Source of the DNA: a virus
Taxonomy: Duplodnaviria; Caudoviricetes
Virus record (IMG/VR): IMGVR_UViG_3300015370_000032
Coordinates: 1-35,020 of that record
DNA length: 35,020 nt
Direction: 5' to 3' (one strand)
How positions within the stretch are numbered: position 1 is the stretch's first letter; each line of letters begins with the position of its first letter. Under the pieces are notes generated by a model, which was not told the DNA's origin, did no database searches, and saw only the letters and a program-made list of their open reading frames with translations. This document shows, piece after piece, positions 1 to 9,175 of this stretch. Position numbers and translations under genes: made by a program.

Positions 1-281
1 CACGGCGATCCCTGTGCGTTGCCGCCGGTGAATGGGGCGGTGAGCTGATCGTCCAGGTTGTCCATGGAAAACGTGGCGGAATCCACGATTTTCGCCAGGG
101 AATAACTCACGTTGCCCAGCGCATACCCCCTGGGCTGATACATGGCGCCGTTGAAATAGATGGGCACGTCGCACTCGGTGTAGCAGTATTCCACCGAGTC
201 GATGACCATGCGGATCAGGGTGAACGCCCGGATCTCGCCGGAGGCGAGCTGCGCCTGTATGGCCGGATCGATATCAAGCAT
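1..281 (-). CDS. Tail/baseplate hub protein, DUF2163-like (partial, runs off window start)
   Basis: Not in the ORF track. Read manually from ATG at 281: MLDIDPAIQAQLASGEIRAFTLIRMVIDSVEYCYTECDVPIYFNGAMYQPRG...; overlaps the DUF2460 stop; usual DUF2460-DUF2163 order. Confidence 0.7.
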   Translation of the reverse strand, partial: MLDIDPAIQAQLASGEIRAFTLIRMVIDSVEYCYTECDVPIYFNGAMYQPRGYALGNVSYSLAKIVDSATFSMDNLDDQLTAPFTGGNAQGSP

Positions 282-858
282 TGAGCTGGCCCTTGAGTGT
301 GAGGCCGGTGGTCACCAGCCGGTTGTAGAAGGTCTCGAAGTTCATCACATCCTCGCCGAACTTGCAGCGCACCTTGAGACGTCCGGAGAAATCGCAGGTG
401 ATGTGCTGACCGGCCGCAGGCGGCGCCGCAAAGGTGATTTTGTCCGCTCCATCCTCGCCGCCCTCGGCGGTGAAGGTGTAATCCACCCCGGATGCCTTGG
501 CCACGCCGCCCACATAAACGGTATAGCCGGAGGCCAGCTTGGAGGGCATGTTGTAGATGGCTGTGGCGCCATCGGCGGTGCCTACATATTCTCCGACATA
601 AACCGCCTCGAACGGATGAAAGAAGTTGAACGGCAGGTGCTTGCCCCGGCGGGACATGAAGAACTGCCAGAGGATGCGCGCATTGGCCACCGTGATGTTC
701 TTGTATTTCAGCGGGAACGATCGTTTCGGAAAAAGGCGCTTCTGCTTGGTGGCCTCCCGGCCGGACTCATACTCCGAAACCAGGGTGCGGTATTCGATGG
801 ACTCGGCCAGGGGATTGCTCGGGCGAACGGATGCAAGCAGATCCGGGAAGGCTGTCAT
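274..858 (-). CDS. Distal tail protein, DUF2460 (TIGR02217-like)
   Basis: Motifs SGRE, FFMSRRGKHLPFNF, GTADG, ITFAAPPAAG; directly after the tape measure gene. Confidence 0.8.
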   Translation of the reverse strand: MTAFPDLLASVRPSNPLAESIEYRTLVSEYESGREATKQKRLFPKRSFPLKYKNITVANARILWQFFMSRRGKHLPFNFFHPFEAVYVGEYVGTADGATAIYNMPSKLASGYTVYVGGVAKASGVDYTFTAEGGEDGADKITFAAPPAAGQHITCDFSGRLKVRCKFGEDVMNFETFYNRLVTTGLTLKGQLNA

Positions 859-3170
859 GAGATCACCCGCTGCAGGTTGGAGCGCAGCCCGCGATCGCCG
901 CGCTGCAGGGCCTCATTCAACGGGCCAAGCACAGCCTGTGGATTACGGCGCATCATGTCGGTGATGGATTGGGCATCGGCGGCAATGATGGTTATGGAGA
1001 TGGGAGCGGCTGCCGGCGCCGGAGCGGCGGATGAGTTTGGTCGAGCGGAGGATGCCCGCACCTGGCTCTGGTTCATCACCAGCTCGGATTCATTTTCCGC
1101 AAAGGAATACCGGCCGCCGGACCGCAAGCCGACCCCGACCACGGGCTCCTTGATCCAGCCGCCGTCGGCAAAGGCGAAATTAAAAGGAGCAGGGGTGCCG
1201 ACCATGGAATCATAGGACCCGGTGTAGGATGTCCCAGGCGCAGCGGCGGAGGTGATTCCCCCACTGCCTCCGAACATTCCGGCAAGCGAGGTGGCAGCCG
1301 TGCCCAGCAGCCCGCCGAGATCTCCGCCTTTGGCGAATTCACTGCCGAACAACCCCATCATCATTTGCGCGGAGGCCCACTGGTCCACCATTTGCAGGGT
1401 CATTTCCTCGAAGCTGTCCAGCCAGTCATCGCTATCCTTGCGCAGGGATCTAAACAGGGATGCCCCTTCGTCCTGAATATTGCGGAACGCCTGGATCTGG
1501 AACTGGGAAAGATCGTCGGTTTTATCCTTGATGGCGTCTATTGCCTCTATCTGTCGCTCAGAAAGCCTGTCCTGTATCTCAATGGCTTTTTCTGCGGAGA
1601 TAATCCCTGAGTTGTGCGCGTCCAGAATGGCAATGTCCAGTTCCCGGTACTGCTGGGCCACCTTAGCCACGGCCTGTTCATACTCCGGCAGGGAGGCCGT
1701 CAGGGCATCGTGATAGGATTCGGTGGTTTTTTTGAGTTCGTCCTGGGCTTTTTTCTGTTGATCCAGATAGTCAGCCTGAATAGCCGCGTTTTCCGCAGCA
1801 GCCATCCAGGTGTCGATCAGTCCCTTGTCGCCGAATTTTTCCCGCAGTTCATCGGCTCGCTGGGTGATCTGCAGCAGCTCTTTGTCAAGTCCGTCCAGGC
1901 CGGAGAGGTTGATCTGTTGTTCCAGGTCGCGGCGGGTGTCCGCCCATTGTTCGGCGAGTTTTTTGGCCAGCTTGATGGCGTTTTCATCCGGAGATGGCGA
2001 ATGAGAGCCTGTGCCGGTGCGACCGGCGAAGGAGGGAGCTGACGCGCCGACCCCGCTTTCCAATGCGTTGTAGCGCTCGGCGAGGGCCATCAACTGCCGA
2101 TCGGTTTCCGCATACCTGTTCTCGTACATGATGTTGTAGTCAGCCATCCTCTGCATCCGTTCTTGCGAGCTTTTAACACCAAGCGCAGATGGGATAGCGG
2201 AAGGAAGCGAGGCCAGGAAGGTCATGGTGCCGCCAGCCTTGTCCAACAACATGGAAAGTCGCATGATTTCTGCCTGAGCAGACATAAGGCCGAGCTTGAA
2301 ATCTTTCAGCCAAACGGTGGTGGCCTCCTTGTTGCGGTCACCCCAGTCATCCATTGCGTCTGCCACCGAGATAATATTCTCGGCCAGGATGCCGGTGAGA
2401 CCTCCGGCCTGATCAGTATTGGAGATGAGTTTTCCCAGCGAATTATTCACAACGGACAGGGCCCGACCCACTGTTTTTGGCATCTCGGAAAACTCTCGAT
2501 TGACGGCTTCGGACTGGCTTATCAAAGCTTTCACCACTTCCTCGGCGGTGAGTTTTCCTTCTTTCCCAAGAGCCCGGAGCTGACCAACACTGACCCCCAT
2601 GCCATCTGCAATGGCCTCAGCGAGGCGTGGAGCCTGCTCCAGAACAGAGTTGAGTTCTTCGCCGCGCAACACTCCTGAGGCAAAGCCCTGGCCTAATTGG
2701 ACAATGGCCGCTTGGGCTGAATTTGCGGAAGTGCCGGAGACTACCAAAGATTTATTGATCGCATCGGTAACCGTCAGCCGTTGTGAATCTGTGATATTCA
2801 AATCCTTGGTTGATCTGGCGATTCTGGTATAGAGATCGATGGTCTGAACGTAGCCTTGACGGGACTCTTGAGACAAGCTGTACAACTGCTTTTCGATAGT
2901 CGCCAATTCTTCCGCTGAACTGGTCACCAGCCGAAGACGGCCATGCAGGTTCTGATATTCGTCGGCTGTATTGATCAGTTCCCTGACCCCAAGCCCGGCG
3001 GTGATGGCGGCAAAAGTGGTTTTTAAAATATTCGCCGCTTTGTCCAGACTTCGCATCCGTTGTTCGGCGGCATGGGTGGAGCGTTCCACCATGACCATGG
3101 CCTGGTTCATCGGGGCGGTGGCCTGGTCTACCAGTCGGAGGGCTATGCTGATCGCGGCGTCTTGATTCAT
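855..3170 (-). CDS. Tail tape measure protein
   Basis: 771 aa helical Ala/Leu-rich; TMP motif QLGQGFASGVLRGEELNSVLEQAP; C-terminal FADGG. Confidence 0.95.
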   Translation of the reverse strand: MNQDAAISIALRLVDQATAPMNQAMVMVERSTHAAEQRMRSLDKAANILKTTFAAITAGLGVRELINTADEYQNLHGRLRLVTSSAEELATIEKQLYSLSQESRQGYVQTIDLYTRIARSTKDLNITDSQRLTVTDAINKSLVVSGTSANSAQAAIVQLGQGFASGVLRGEELNSVLEQAPRLAEAIADGMGVSVGQLRALGKEGKLTAEEVVKALISQSEAVNREFSEMPKTVGRALSVVNNSLGKLISNTDQAGGLTGILAENIISVADAMDDWGDRNKEATTVWLKDFKLGLMSAQAEIMRLSMLLDKAGGTMTFLASLPSAIPSALGVKSSQERMQRMADYNIMYENRYAETDRQLMALAERYNALESGVGASAPSFAGRTGTGSHSPSPDENAIKLAKKLAEQWADTRRDLEQQINLSGLDGLDKELLQITQRADELREKFGDKGLIDTWMAAAENAAIQADYLDQQKKAQDELKKTTESYHDALTASLPEYEQAVAKVAQQYRELDIAILDAHNSGIISAEKAIEIQDRLSERQIEAIDAIKDKTDDLSQFQIQAFRNIQDEGASLFRSLRKDSDDWLDSFEEMTLQMVDQWASAQMMMGLFGSEFAKGGDLGGLLGTAATSLAGMFGGSGGITSAAAPGTSYTGSYDSMVGTPAPFNFAFADGGWIKEPVVGVGLRSGGRYSFAENESELVMNQSQVRASSARPNSSAAPAPAAAPISITIIAADAQSITDMMRRNPQAVLGPLNEALQRGDRGLRSNLQRVIS

Positions 3171-3496
3171 TCGTCGGCGTCCTCTACTCCGTCTGATTTT
3201 CGGTGGCTTTGGGCAATGGCCTCAATAGCCAGCACCTTGTCAAGATCCTCCTCACTGCCGTCCATGGCAGTGAGGATGGCGATGATGTTCACGGCCTGCA
3301 TGGTTCCGGCTATGCCTTCGCGGCCTGCCTGATCGCAGATCCCCCAGGCTTTCCATGCCAGATGATTTCCGGTATAGAGATGATCCGGGCGGGGGCACTC
3401 CTCGCATGGAGGATCACCGTTCCAGGTCTCGGAGCAATCCTCGCAGCTTACTTGGCCTGGGTCGAGGTGCCACTCGGCCCAGGCTGTGAGTTTCCC
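3167..3496 (-). CDS. Tail assembly chaperone gpT segment, expressed by -1 frameshift (gpGT about 221 aa)
   Basis: -1 frame is open from slippery GGGAAAC (3490-3496) to a TGA overlapping the TMP ATG; KLTAWAEWHLDPGQVSCEDC...CEECP...KVLAIEAIA. Confidence 0.85.
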   Translation of the reverse strand, partial: GKLTAWAEWHLDPGQVSCEDCSETWNGDPPCEECPRPDHLYTGNHLAWKAWGICDQAGREGIAGTMQAVNIIAILTAMDGSEEDLDKVLAIEAIAQSHRKSDGVEDADE

Positions 3497-3831
3497 TGTT
3501 CTTCACTCCTTTCTGCCGCCGCAGCAGCAGAAAGCTTGGCCATAACCTCGGCCACGAAGTCTGGATTGTTTTCGTAAACAATTCTTTTCTGGCCAGCGGT
3601 ACAGGGAATATCTTCCCCCGTCTCCAGGCTTTTGGCATCCCAGTCAGTTACTTCGCGGTCGAACAGCTCAATGGTGAGCTCTGCCCCATCCACCACTTCA
3701 ACGCCTTGTATAATTCTGGTATGTTTGCGCCGGAGCGCCGACAGTTCCGAAGCTTGAAGCGGCGCGCCGGTGACATTGATTCCACCGACAATAACGGTGA
3801 TATTGTTTGCTTTGGTTGTTCTCAGCCTCAT
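3448..3831 (-). CDS. Tail assembly chaperone gpG-like
   Basis: 127 aa between tail tube and TMP, with a slippery heptamer near its 3' end. Confidence 0.85.
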   Translation of the reverse strand: MRLRTTKANNITVIVGGINVTGAPLQASELSALRRKHTRIIQGVEVVDGAELTIELFDREVTDWDAKSLETGEDIPCTAGQKRIVYENNPDFVAEVMAKLSAAAAAERSEEQGNSQPGPSGTSTQAK

Positions 3832-3877
3832 AAGACGGTCCTTTTCTTAAAGTTGATCATCAGGTTTTGCCGGCCGA

Positions 3878-5056
3878 TCAGTTGAACAACATGGAGATTT
3901 CATCCTCGCCCGCGGTGCCCAGGGCGGTGATGTCCATGCGCAGCTCCACGGTCGGGGAAGAGGGGTTCATGGTCGGGGCCTTGATCCGACTGCGACCCAT
4001 GGTGAGGGATACGCGCTTGCCAGCGGTATTTTCTCCGGCGGATATTTTGATGTTTTTCTCCACCCCCGCAGTGATCCCGTCGTAAAAATATTTGAGGTCG
4101 TCCCGCCGCAGAAGCAGGGTTACAGTTCCGACGACTGACCGCTGCCCCTCCACGTAGTCGGTGGGGTATTCAATGCCGGGCGCCTGGATCTCATCCTCCT
4201 GATACTGGATGCCGTTGCCGATTGTCAGGTCCATGCCCTTGATCTTGATGGCTGTCGAGCCGCCGTCGAAACTCACCGAGGCGGTGCGCGATTCGACAGG
4301 GGAGCCGACGATTGTTCCTGCCGGCAGGAACGGAGCGACCACGGTGTCCACGGCATGATCTGTTTGCACCCCTACGGCAATGGTGAGGGTGTTGGTGGTC
4401 ACATTCACCGCGGTGATGGTGTATCCGGCACCGGCGTTGTCATCGGTGCCGACCTTGATTTTTCCGCCGACCGTATATTTTTTTGCATCCTTTACCGGGA
4501 TGGCGGTTATCGGAGTGGCGATGTAGTCGATCAAGGCGGAAAGTTCGTCCGTGCCGCACCAGCCCATGGCCATGAATTTGCCGGAAAGATCGAGCTTGAG
4601 GGCTCCCTTTTTGGAGATCCCCATCTTGGCCTGATCAGCGGTGGCGCCGGTGGCGAAAAACACGGTGTCGCCGTACTTGGTCCAGAGAGAGAAGCTCGGC
4701 AGTTGCTTGGCCAGGGAATAGGTGACAGAGGTCGAACCGACCACCGTTTCCGAGCCGAACAACGCCTTGAACAAGGATCCGCCCTGGGGGGCAACGCCCG
4801 GAGATCCGGAGGGGCGGAGGTACATGGGCAGCGACCAGTCTCCGGAGGTCAGCGCATCGCGGAACTGTTCGATGAGAGAGCGGGAATCCACGATCTCCTC
4901 GCTGTCGGAATATGTCGGCACCTGGCCGATCTGTCCGTACCCGGCAGGGACAATCAGGTTGGTGGAGGCAGGGTAGGCCAGCTCTCCCCTGGCAGCTTCC
5001 GCCACCACGAAGATCTTGTGCTCGCGGGCAAGGATGAGTTTGTTGTCGAGGCTCAT
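3878..5056 (-). CDS. Major tail (tube) protein with internal beta-rich insertion
   Basis: 392 aa, strong SD (AAGGAG), upstream of chaperones/TMP; beta-rich tube-like sequence. Confidence 0.8.
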   Translation of the reverse strand: MSLDNKLILAREHKIFVVAEAARGELAYPASTNLIVPAGYGQIGQVPTYSDSEEIVDSRSLIEQFRDALTSGDWSLPMYLRPSGSPGVAPQGGSLFKALFGSETVVGSTSVTYSLAKQLPSFSLWTKYGDTVFFATGATADQAKMGISKKGALKLDLSGKFMAMGWCGTDELSALIDYIATPITAIPVKDAKKYTVGGKIKVGTDDNAGAGYTITAVNVTTNTLTIAVGVQTDHAVDTVVAPFLPAGTIVGSPVESRTASVSFDGGSTAIKIKGMDLTIGNGIQYQEDEIQAPGIEYPTDYVEGQRSVVGTVTLLLRRDDLKYFYDGITAGVEKNIKISAGENTAGKRVSLTMGRSRIKAPTMNPSSPTVELRMDITALGTAGEDEISMLFN

Positions 5057-5071
5057 GGTCGCGTACTCCTT

Positions 5072-5500
5072 TTAATGTGATTCCAGCAGGGTGATTTTCC
5101 AGGTTTGAACGTAGAGGAAACGGCCCATGTGAACGTGGACCAGCTCCTCGCCGATTATTTCCGCTTGGCCGAGTCCGGCGATGATCTTGCCTGACACTTT
5201 GGTTTCCGAGGCTCCCATGATGTCCATGGCCTGGTTGTCACCGGCTTCGCCGTTATGCACATTGGCGGTGCAGACAAAGACCTGAAACACATGGTTTCTG
5301 GCATAGGTGGCCTGATCGCTGCCGATCTCCTGCTGCTCGCCGAATTCGGCGCCTGCATAGGCCACGGCCAGGCTGGGCCAGGCATGGGAATTGTTGAACA
5401 CCGCCTCCTCGCCGTCCCAGGAGTCTACGGGGACAGTGGGATTGGCGGCGGAGATTTTGGCGACCAGGTCGATCTTGATGGCAGTGCGATCGTCGCTCAT
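5072..5500 (-). CDS. Tail terminator/completion protein
   Basis: Just upstream of the tail tube gene; ATGA coupling at 5497-5500; WPSLAVAYAG-type motif. Confidence 0.6.
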   Translation of the reverse strand: MSDDRTAIKIDLVAKISAANPTVPVDSWDGEEAVFNNSHAWPSLAVAYAGAEFGEQQEIGSDQATYARNHVFQVFVCTANVHNGEAGDNQAMDIMGASETKVSGKIIAGLGQAEIIGEELVHVHMGRFLYVQTWKITLLESH

Positions 5501-6162
5501 GTGTTCCCCCACTCCTTGGCCCAGTTTCTCGAATACCCGACCCCGTTGAACTTGGCGGCGTACAAGGCCTGTATGTTGCGAACGCTGCGGCTATGTTCCT
5601 GCTGCAGCACCGGCCCGGCAAATGGCCTGGCCGCAACGCGGCGAACCCCGATCCTGGGGATCATGGCCGTGGTTTTGATCAATTTGCTCTGCATTCCCCT
5701 AGCAGTCTTGACCCCGCGCAGGTTCCTGCCTGAGGCGCTGGTGAGTCTTTTGGCGATCTGCCTTTGCTGCTCCCTGCCGATTACCATGGTGAATCCGGCA
5801 GAAAGACGCCTGGCGGAAGAAGCAAATGATCGGCTGATCGGGGTGAACCGCATGGAGGTGTTGGTCTGCCCGGGCTGCTTGTCGATCATCCCGGCAAAGG
5901 CGGTGAGATTGGCCACATCCACAAAATAACGGCTGAACCTGGCCACCCATTTTCCGTAGCCCTGGCCTTTACGGAGAGGCTTGGTGATCGGGGCGTACTT
6001 GTTCCATGATCCTGCCCCTTCGCTTTTGGCAAATTTCTGGATCTGCTGGTTGAGCCGGTACGATTCGCTTTTGAGCGCAGCGCTCATGGCCGCTGCATGC
6101 CGCTTGGGAAAATCGGCGAGCATCCGGCGCATGCCTGATTTGTCGAACTGGACCTTAATCAT
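5497..6162 (-). CDS. Neck/tail completion protein (gpZ-like, basic)
   Basis: Arg/Lys-rich 221 aa with C-terminal ARPFAGP motif, in the neck region. Confidence 0.55.
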   Translation of the reverse strand: MIKVQFDKSGMRRMLADFPKRHAAAMSAALKSESYRLNQQIQKFAKSEGAGSWNKYAPITKPLRKGQGYGKWVARFSRYFVDVANLTAFAGMIDKQPGQTNTSMRFTPISRSFASSARRLSAGFTMVIGREQQRQIAKRLTSASGRNLRGVKTARGMQSKLIKTTAMIPRIGVRRVAARPFAGPVLQQEHSRSVRNIQALYAAKFNGVGYSRNWAKEWGNT

Positions 6163-6530
6163 GGCGTCACCCGGATGTTCTGCTGGCAGGTAAGGCGCCA
6201 GACTCCAGACTCATCCCGCACCGGCTGGGAGGCAACCTCCAGGGATTGAACCCGGGGAGAACCATCAGCTCCGGCAGGGAGCGTTCTGGCGATGACGTCT
6301 CCCCGCAGCGGCTGACGATTGAACGGCGCCGCGTGGATCTCCGCCTCCAGTATCTCGCAGACCACGGCATCGGCCATGACATGCTCGCTCACCAGATCGT
6401 CCACGGTGAGTCCGCGGAAGACCGCTGGAACGACCACGGAGTCAGCGCCGCGCGAATAGATGACAGGCTCTCCCTGTTCTCCGTGGATGGCGGCCAAGTC
6501 CTTGGCCATTTGATCCTGAAAGGCGGACAT
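6159..6530 (-). CDS. Head-tail joining protein (gpFII-like)
   Basis: Synteny; patterns GEPVIY, PLRGDVI, GVWRL. Confidence 0.6.
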   Translation of the reverse strand: MSAFQDQMAKDLAAIHGEQGEPVIYSRGADSVVVPAVFRGLTVDDLVSEHVMADAVVCEILEAEIHAAPFNRQPLRGDVIARTLPAGADGSPRVQSLEVASQPVRDESGVWRLTCQQNIRVTP

Positions 6531-6533
6531 AAG

Positions 6534-6929
6534 TTACTCAGCCTGCTTATTGAGGATTTCAACGGCTTGGTCCCGTTCCTCGGCGCTGATATTAAATTTG
6601 GCGATGGCCTCGATGGCCTTTACCTGCGGTTTTTTGTCCGCGGTCCAGTTGGCCGGATTATCGGGGGAAAGTTTTTGGATGGCTTCAACAATGGCAGACA
6701 ATCTGGCCGCGGATTGATCATCCGTCTTTTTGGAGGCCGCTTTGGCGGATGCCTCGATTTCCGCGGAAGAAGGTCCCTCTGCCGGCGCAAGCACCACCGC
6801 GCCAAGTTCCAGTAATTCCCCGACCAGATGGGCAGGGCAGTCAAAGGTGGAGCCGGGGGCTCTGTATTTGCCGCTCACCTTTGGGTGGGTGACAGCCGTG
6901 CAGCGCACGGTATTTTCAGTTACGGACAT
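6534..6929 (-). CDS. Small phage protein after the capsid gene (gpFI position)
   Basis: Strong SD GAGGAG; C-terminal WTADKKPQVKAIEA...ISAEERD helical motif typical of phage proteins at this position. Confidence 0.6.
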   Translation of the reverse strand: MSVTENTVRCTAVTHPKVSGKYRAPGSTFDCPAHLVGELLELGAVVLAPAEGPSSAEIEASAKAASKKTDDQSAARLSAIVEAIQKLSPDNPANWTADKKPQVKAIEAIAKFNISAEERDQAVEILNKQAE

Positions 6930-6948
6930 GGTCGACTCCTCTTGGTTA

Positions 6949-6973
6949 CGGGCGCCCCGGAAAGGGGCGCCCG
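6949..6973. other. GC-rich stem-loop just downstream of the capsid gene
   Basis: Perfect 10-bp inverted repeat CGGGCGCCCC-GGAAA-GGGGCGCCCG; no U-tract on the coding strand. Confidence 0.6.
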
Positions 6974-6989
6974 GTTATGGTCCAGACCT

Positions 6990-8021
6990 CTACACCGCCT
7001 TGGCGGAAAGGAAGGCGTCCGGCTGCAGCATGGCGACCAGGGGCGCGGACTGGAGCATGACCCAGCGCACCGAAGGATCTTCCTGATCCCATGATTTCGG
7101 GAACCGGGCCACGGCAGCCAGGCCTCCGGCCTTGAGGTCCTGGATGGCTCCGTACAGGATCTTGTTGGCGGTGTTGGAGGAGCCGAGCCAGATTTTGTCC
7201 GCCGGAACCATGGGCTGCTCGACCTCGTTGGCGTCGAGATACCACTCCTGGTAGGTAAAGAGATCCAGAGCCACTCCGGCATGGGAGACATTGCCCAGAT
7301 AGGTGACGCCCTCGGGAAGCTGCTGCGGATCGATCTGACCCATGGTGATGCGCCGGTTGTTCAGCACATCCTTGACCTTGGGATGATTAACAAACGCCTT
7401 GGCAACATCCAGGCCAAGCACTGCTTTGCGCGGCACGATTCCGCTGTCCTTGATGACCAGATTGCACCAGTCCACCAGGTCGGTCAGGGGATCTGAGTTG
7501 GTGGTGTCGGTCCAGAGGTCGGTGCCGGTGAGGGTGATCTTATGGGTGGCGGGCATGCCGAAATCAACCTGCACGTTGATGCCGTCGCCGGTACAGACCA
7601 CGGTGCCGCCGTCAAGGATGGAAGCGGCCTGCACTTCCTCGGCCCGGGTGTAACTGGTGTCCAGCTCGCCGAGGATCCGGCCGAGTTCGCGCTGGGCGCG
7701 CTCATTGGGGCCGTCGCCGGGGGCGTAGATTACGTTTCCGGCCTCGCGGGTGAAAAACTCCTGCGGGGTGATCGGCTCTTTTTCCTTGAGGTATGGGGGC
7801 TCGAAGCTCTTGGTGGTCATGCCCTCCTTGGTCCGCACCTTGCCTTCCTTGATGGGCGAGACATACGCGCCGACCTTGCGCTTTCCTTTAATGATGTCTA
7901 CATCGACATGCTTGGTGGTGAATTCCTTTTTGCCGGGGAAAAAAGTCCGCAACAGCCAGGCGTTGGCAGGCGGGAGCTGCCTGACCGCTGTCATCATGGT
8001 TCTGGTATCGTAGATGTTCAT
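6990..8021 (-). CDS. Major capsid protein, lambda gpE family
   Basis: 343 aa; FFP, VDVDIIKG, AYVSP, FEPPYLKEK, C-terminal LQSAPL motifs. Confidence 0.95.
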   Translation of the reverse strand: MNIYDTRTMMTAVRQLPPANAWLLRTFFPGKKEFTTKHVDVDIIKGKRKVGAYVSPIKEGKVRTKEGMTTKSFEPPYLKEKEPITPQEFFTREAGNVIYAPGDGPNERAQRELGRILGELDTSYTRAEEVQAASILDGGTVVCTGDGINVQVDFGMPATHKITLTGTDLWTDTTNSDPLTDLVDWCNLVIKDSGIVPRKAVLGLDVAKAFVNHPKVKDVLNNRRITMGQIDPQQLPEGVTYLGNVSHAGVALDLFTYQEWYLDANEVEQPMVPADKIWLGSSNTANKILYGAIQDLKAGGLAAVARFPKSWDQEDPSVRWVMLQSAPLVAMLQPDAFLSAKAV

Positions 8022-8079
8022 GCTGTCGACTCCTTGTTAAAAATGGTTGGATTGACTTTTAGTTCAATATCCGCAGTGT

Positions 8080-8706
8080 TTAGCTCAAGGTCCGCAGGTA
8101 GATGTTGCGGGCGGCCAGGGCATCGATGACATCGGCGGCAACGGTGCCGGCGGCAAGCGAAATGGCGGCGATGTTGAACTCGCCGGTTTCCGCGCCGATG
8201 CCGGAGGCATCTGCAGCAGTGGCGTCAACCGCTTCCTTGAGGATGGCCACCGGGTTCTGGGAGCCGTCAACGGCGGTTTTGTCCACCAGCTTGCATTTCT
8301 TGCTGCCTGCAGCCACCGGAATGGTGAAGCTGTCGCCCACGATGAAATCGGTGGCGCCGTCGTTGATGGTGAAGCCGATGGAGTCGTTGGCATAGGCAAC
8401 TGCGACCGTGGCGTCGTTCAGGCGGAAGCCGTCCGGATCCACGACCTTGAAGGTGCCGCCGTTGGCTGCAGCGGTAATGCAGGTGAGCACATAGTTGCCG
8501 AGCTTGGTGTTTTTCTTGAGGGCCGTACCGGTGCAGGTGCCGTTGCCGGTGTTGGCCCCTGGGGCTACCGCTCCCAAAGCTTTGGTGATCTCTCCAAGCA
8601 CAGCACCCTCGGCCAGAGACTGGCCGGACAGAACGGTTACCGACTTGCAAGCCTGCGGGAAAGCCCCGCCCAACAGGTTTTTCGGGGTATAAGTTTCTTC
8701 TGCCAT
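8080..8706 (-). CDS. Head decoration protein (gpD-like) with inserted beta domain
   Basis: GQSLAEGAVLG...DGSQNPVAIL...GEFN motifs; between protease and capsid genes. Confidence 0.9.
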   Translation of the reverse strand: MAEETYTPKNLLGGAFPQACKSVTVLSGQSLAEGAVLGEITKALGAVAPGANTGNGTCTGTALKKNTKLGNYVLTCITAAANGGTFKVVDPDGFRLNDATVAVAYANDSIGFTINDGATDFIVGDSFTIPVAAGSKKCKLVDKTAVDGSQNPVAILKEAVDATAADASGIGAETGEFNIAAISLAAGTVAADVIDALAARNIYLRTLS

Positions 8707-8746
8707 GGTGTTCCTCCTTGTTTATCCTCCAGCGGGAGGAATGCTT

Positions 8747-9175
8747 TTAACGGCCTGCTCCGGCCACGATATTATCGACCACGGCCTTGGCTTCCGCTGC
8801 CGATCCTTCGGTGTCGGCAGCTCCGGACCCGGAATCTATCACCGGGATCTGGGCGGCATCGGCGGCGAGATCCTGGGCTGCCTTGGTTGCAACCTCCCCC
8901 TGCTCGGTCATCAGCTTGTACGCCGCGGCCTCCGGGGTGGTGGCGCCATCCAGGGCAAGCTTGACGATGGTGTCGGACAATTCCGTTTTCTTGGATTTGT
9001 CCAGGGCTAAAACGCCCTTGATCCTGGCAAGCTCGGTTGCGGATGCATCCGCTTTTGCTTGATCGATTGCGGCGGTTGTTTCATTGTTGACTGCCGCTTT
9101 GCCTGCCTCCATGCCAAGGGCGTGGATGGTGGCGTAAGTTTCGGGGTGTTTCTGTTTCAGGTCGTCCGGGTTCAT
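8747..9175 (-). CDS. Nested scaffold protein (Nu3-like), internal start in the protease gene
   Basis: In-frame ATG (MNPDDLKQKHPE) preceded by AGGAGGT. Confidence 0.75.
   Translation of the reverse strand: MNPDDLKQKHPETYATIHALGMEAGKAAVNNETTAAIDQAKADASATELARIKGVLALDKSKKTELSDTIVKLALDGATTPEAAAYKLMTEQGEVATKAAQDLAADAAQIPVIDSGSGAADTEGSAAEAKAVVDNIVAGAGR

Noticed and set aside
202-1215. 337-aa + strand ORF and many similar long antisense ORFs (e.g. 13204-14301, 28867-29850, 31875-32744)
   Set aside because: Shadows of well-supported genes on the opposite strand in GC-rich DNA; no recognisable motifs.
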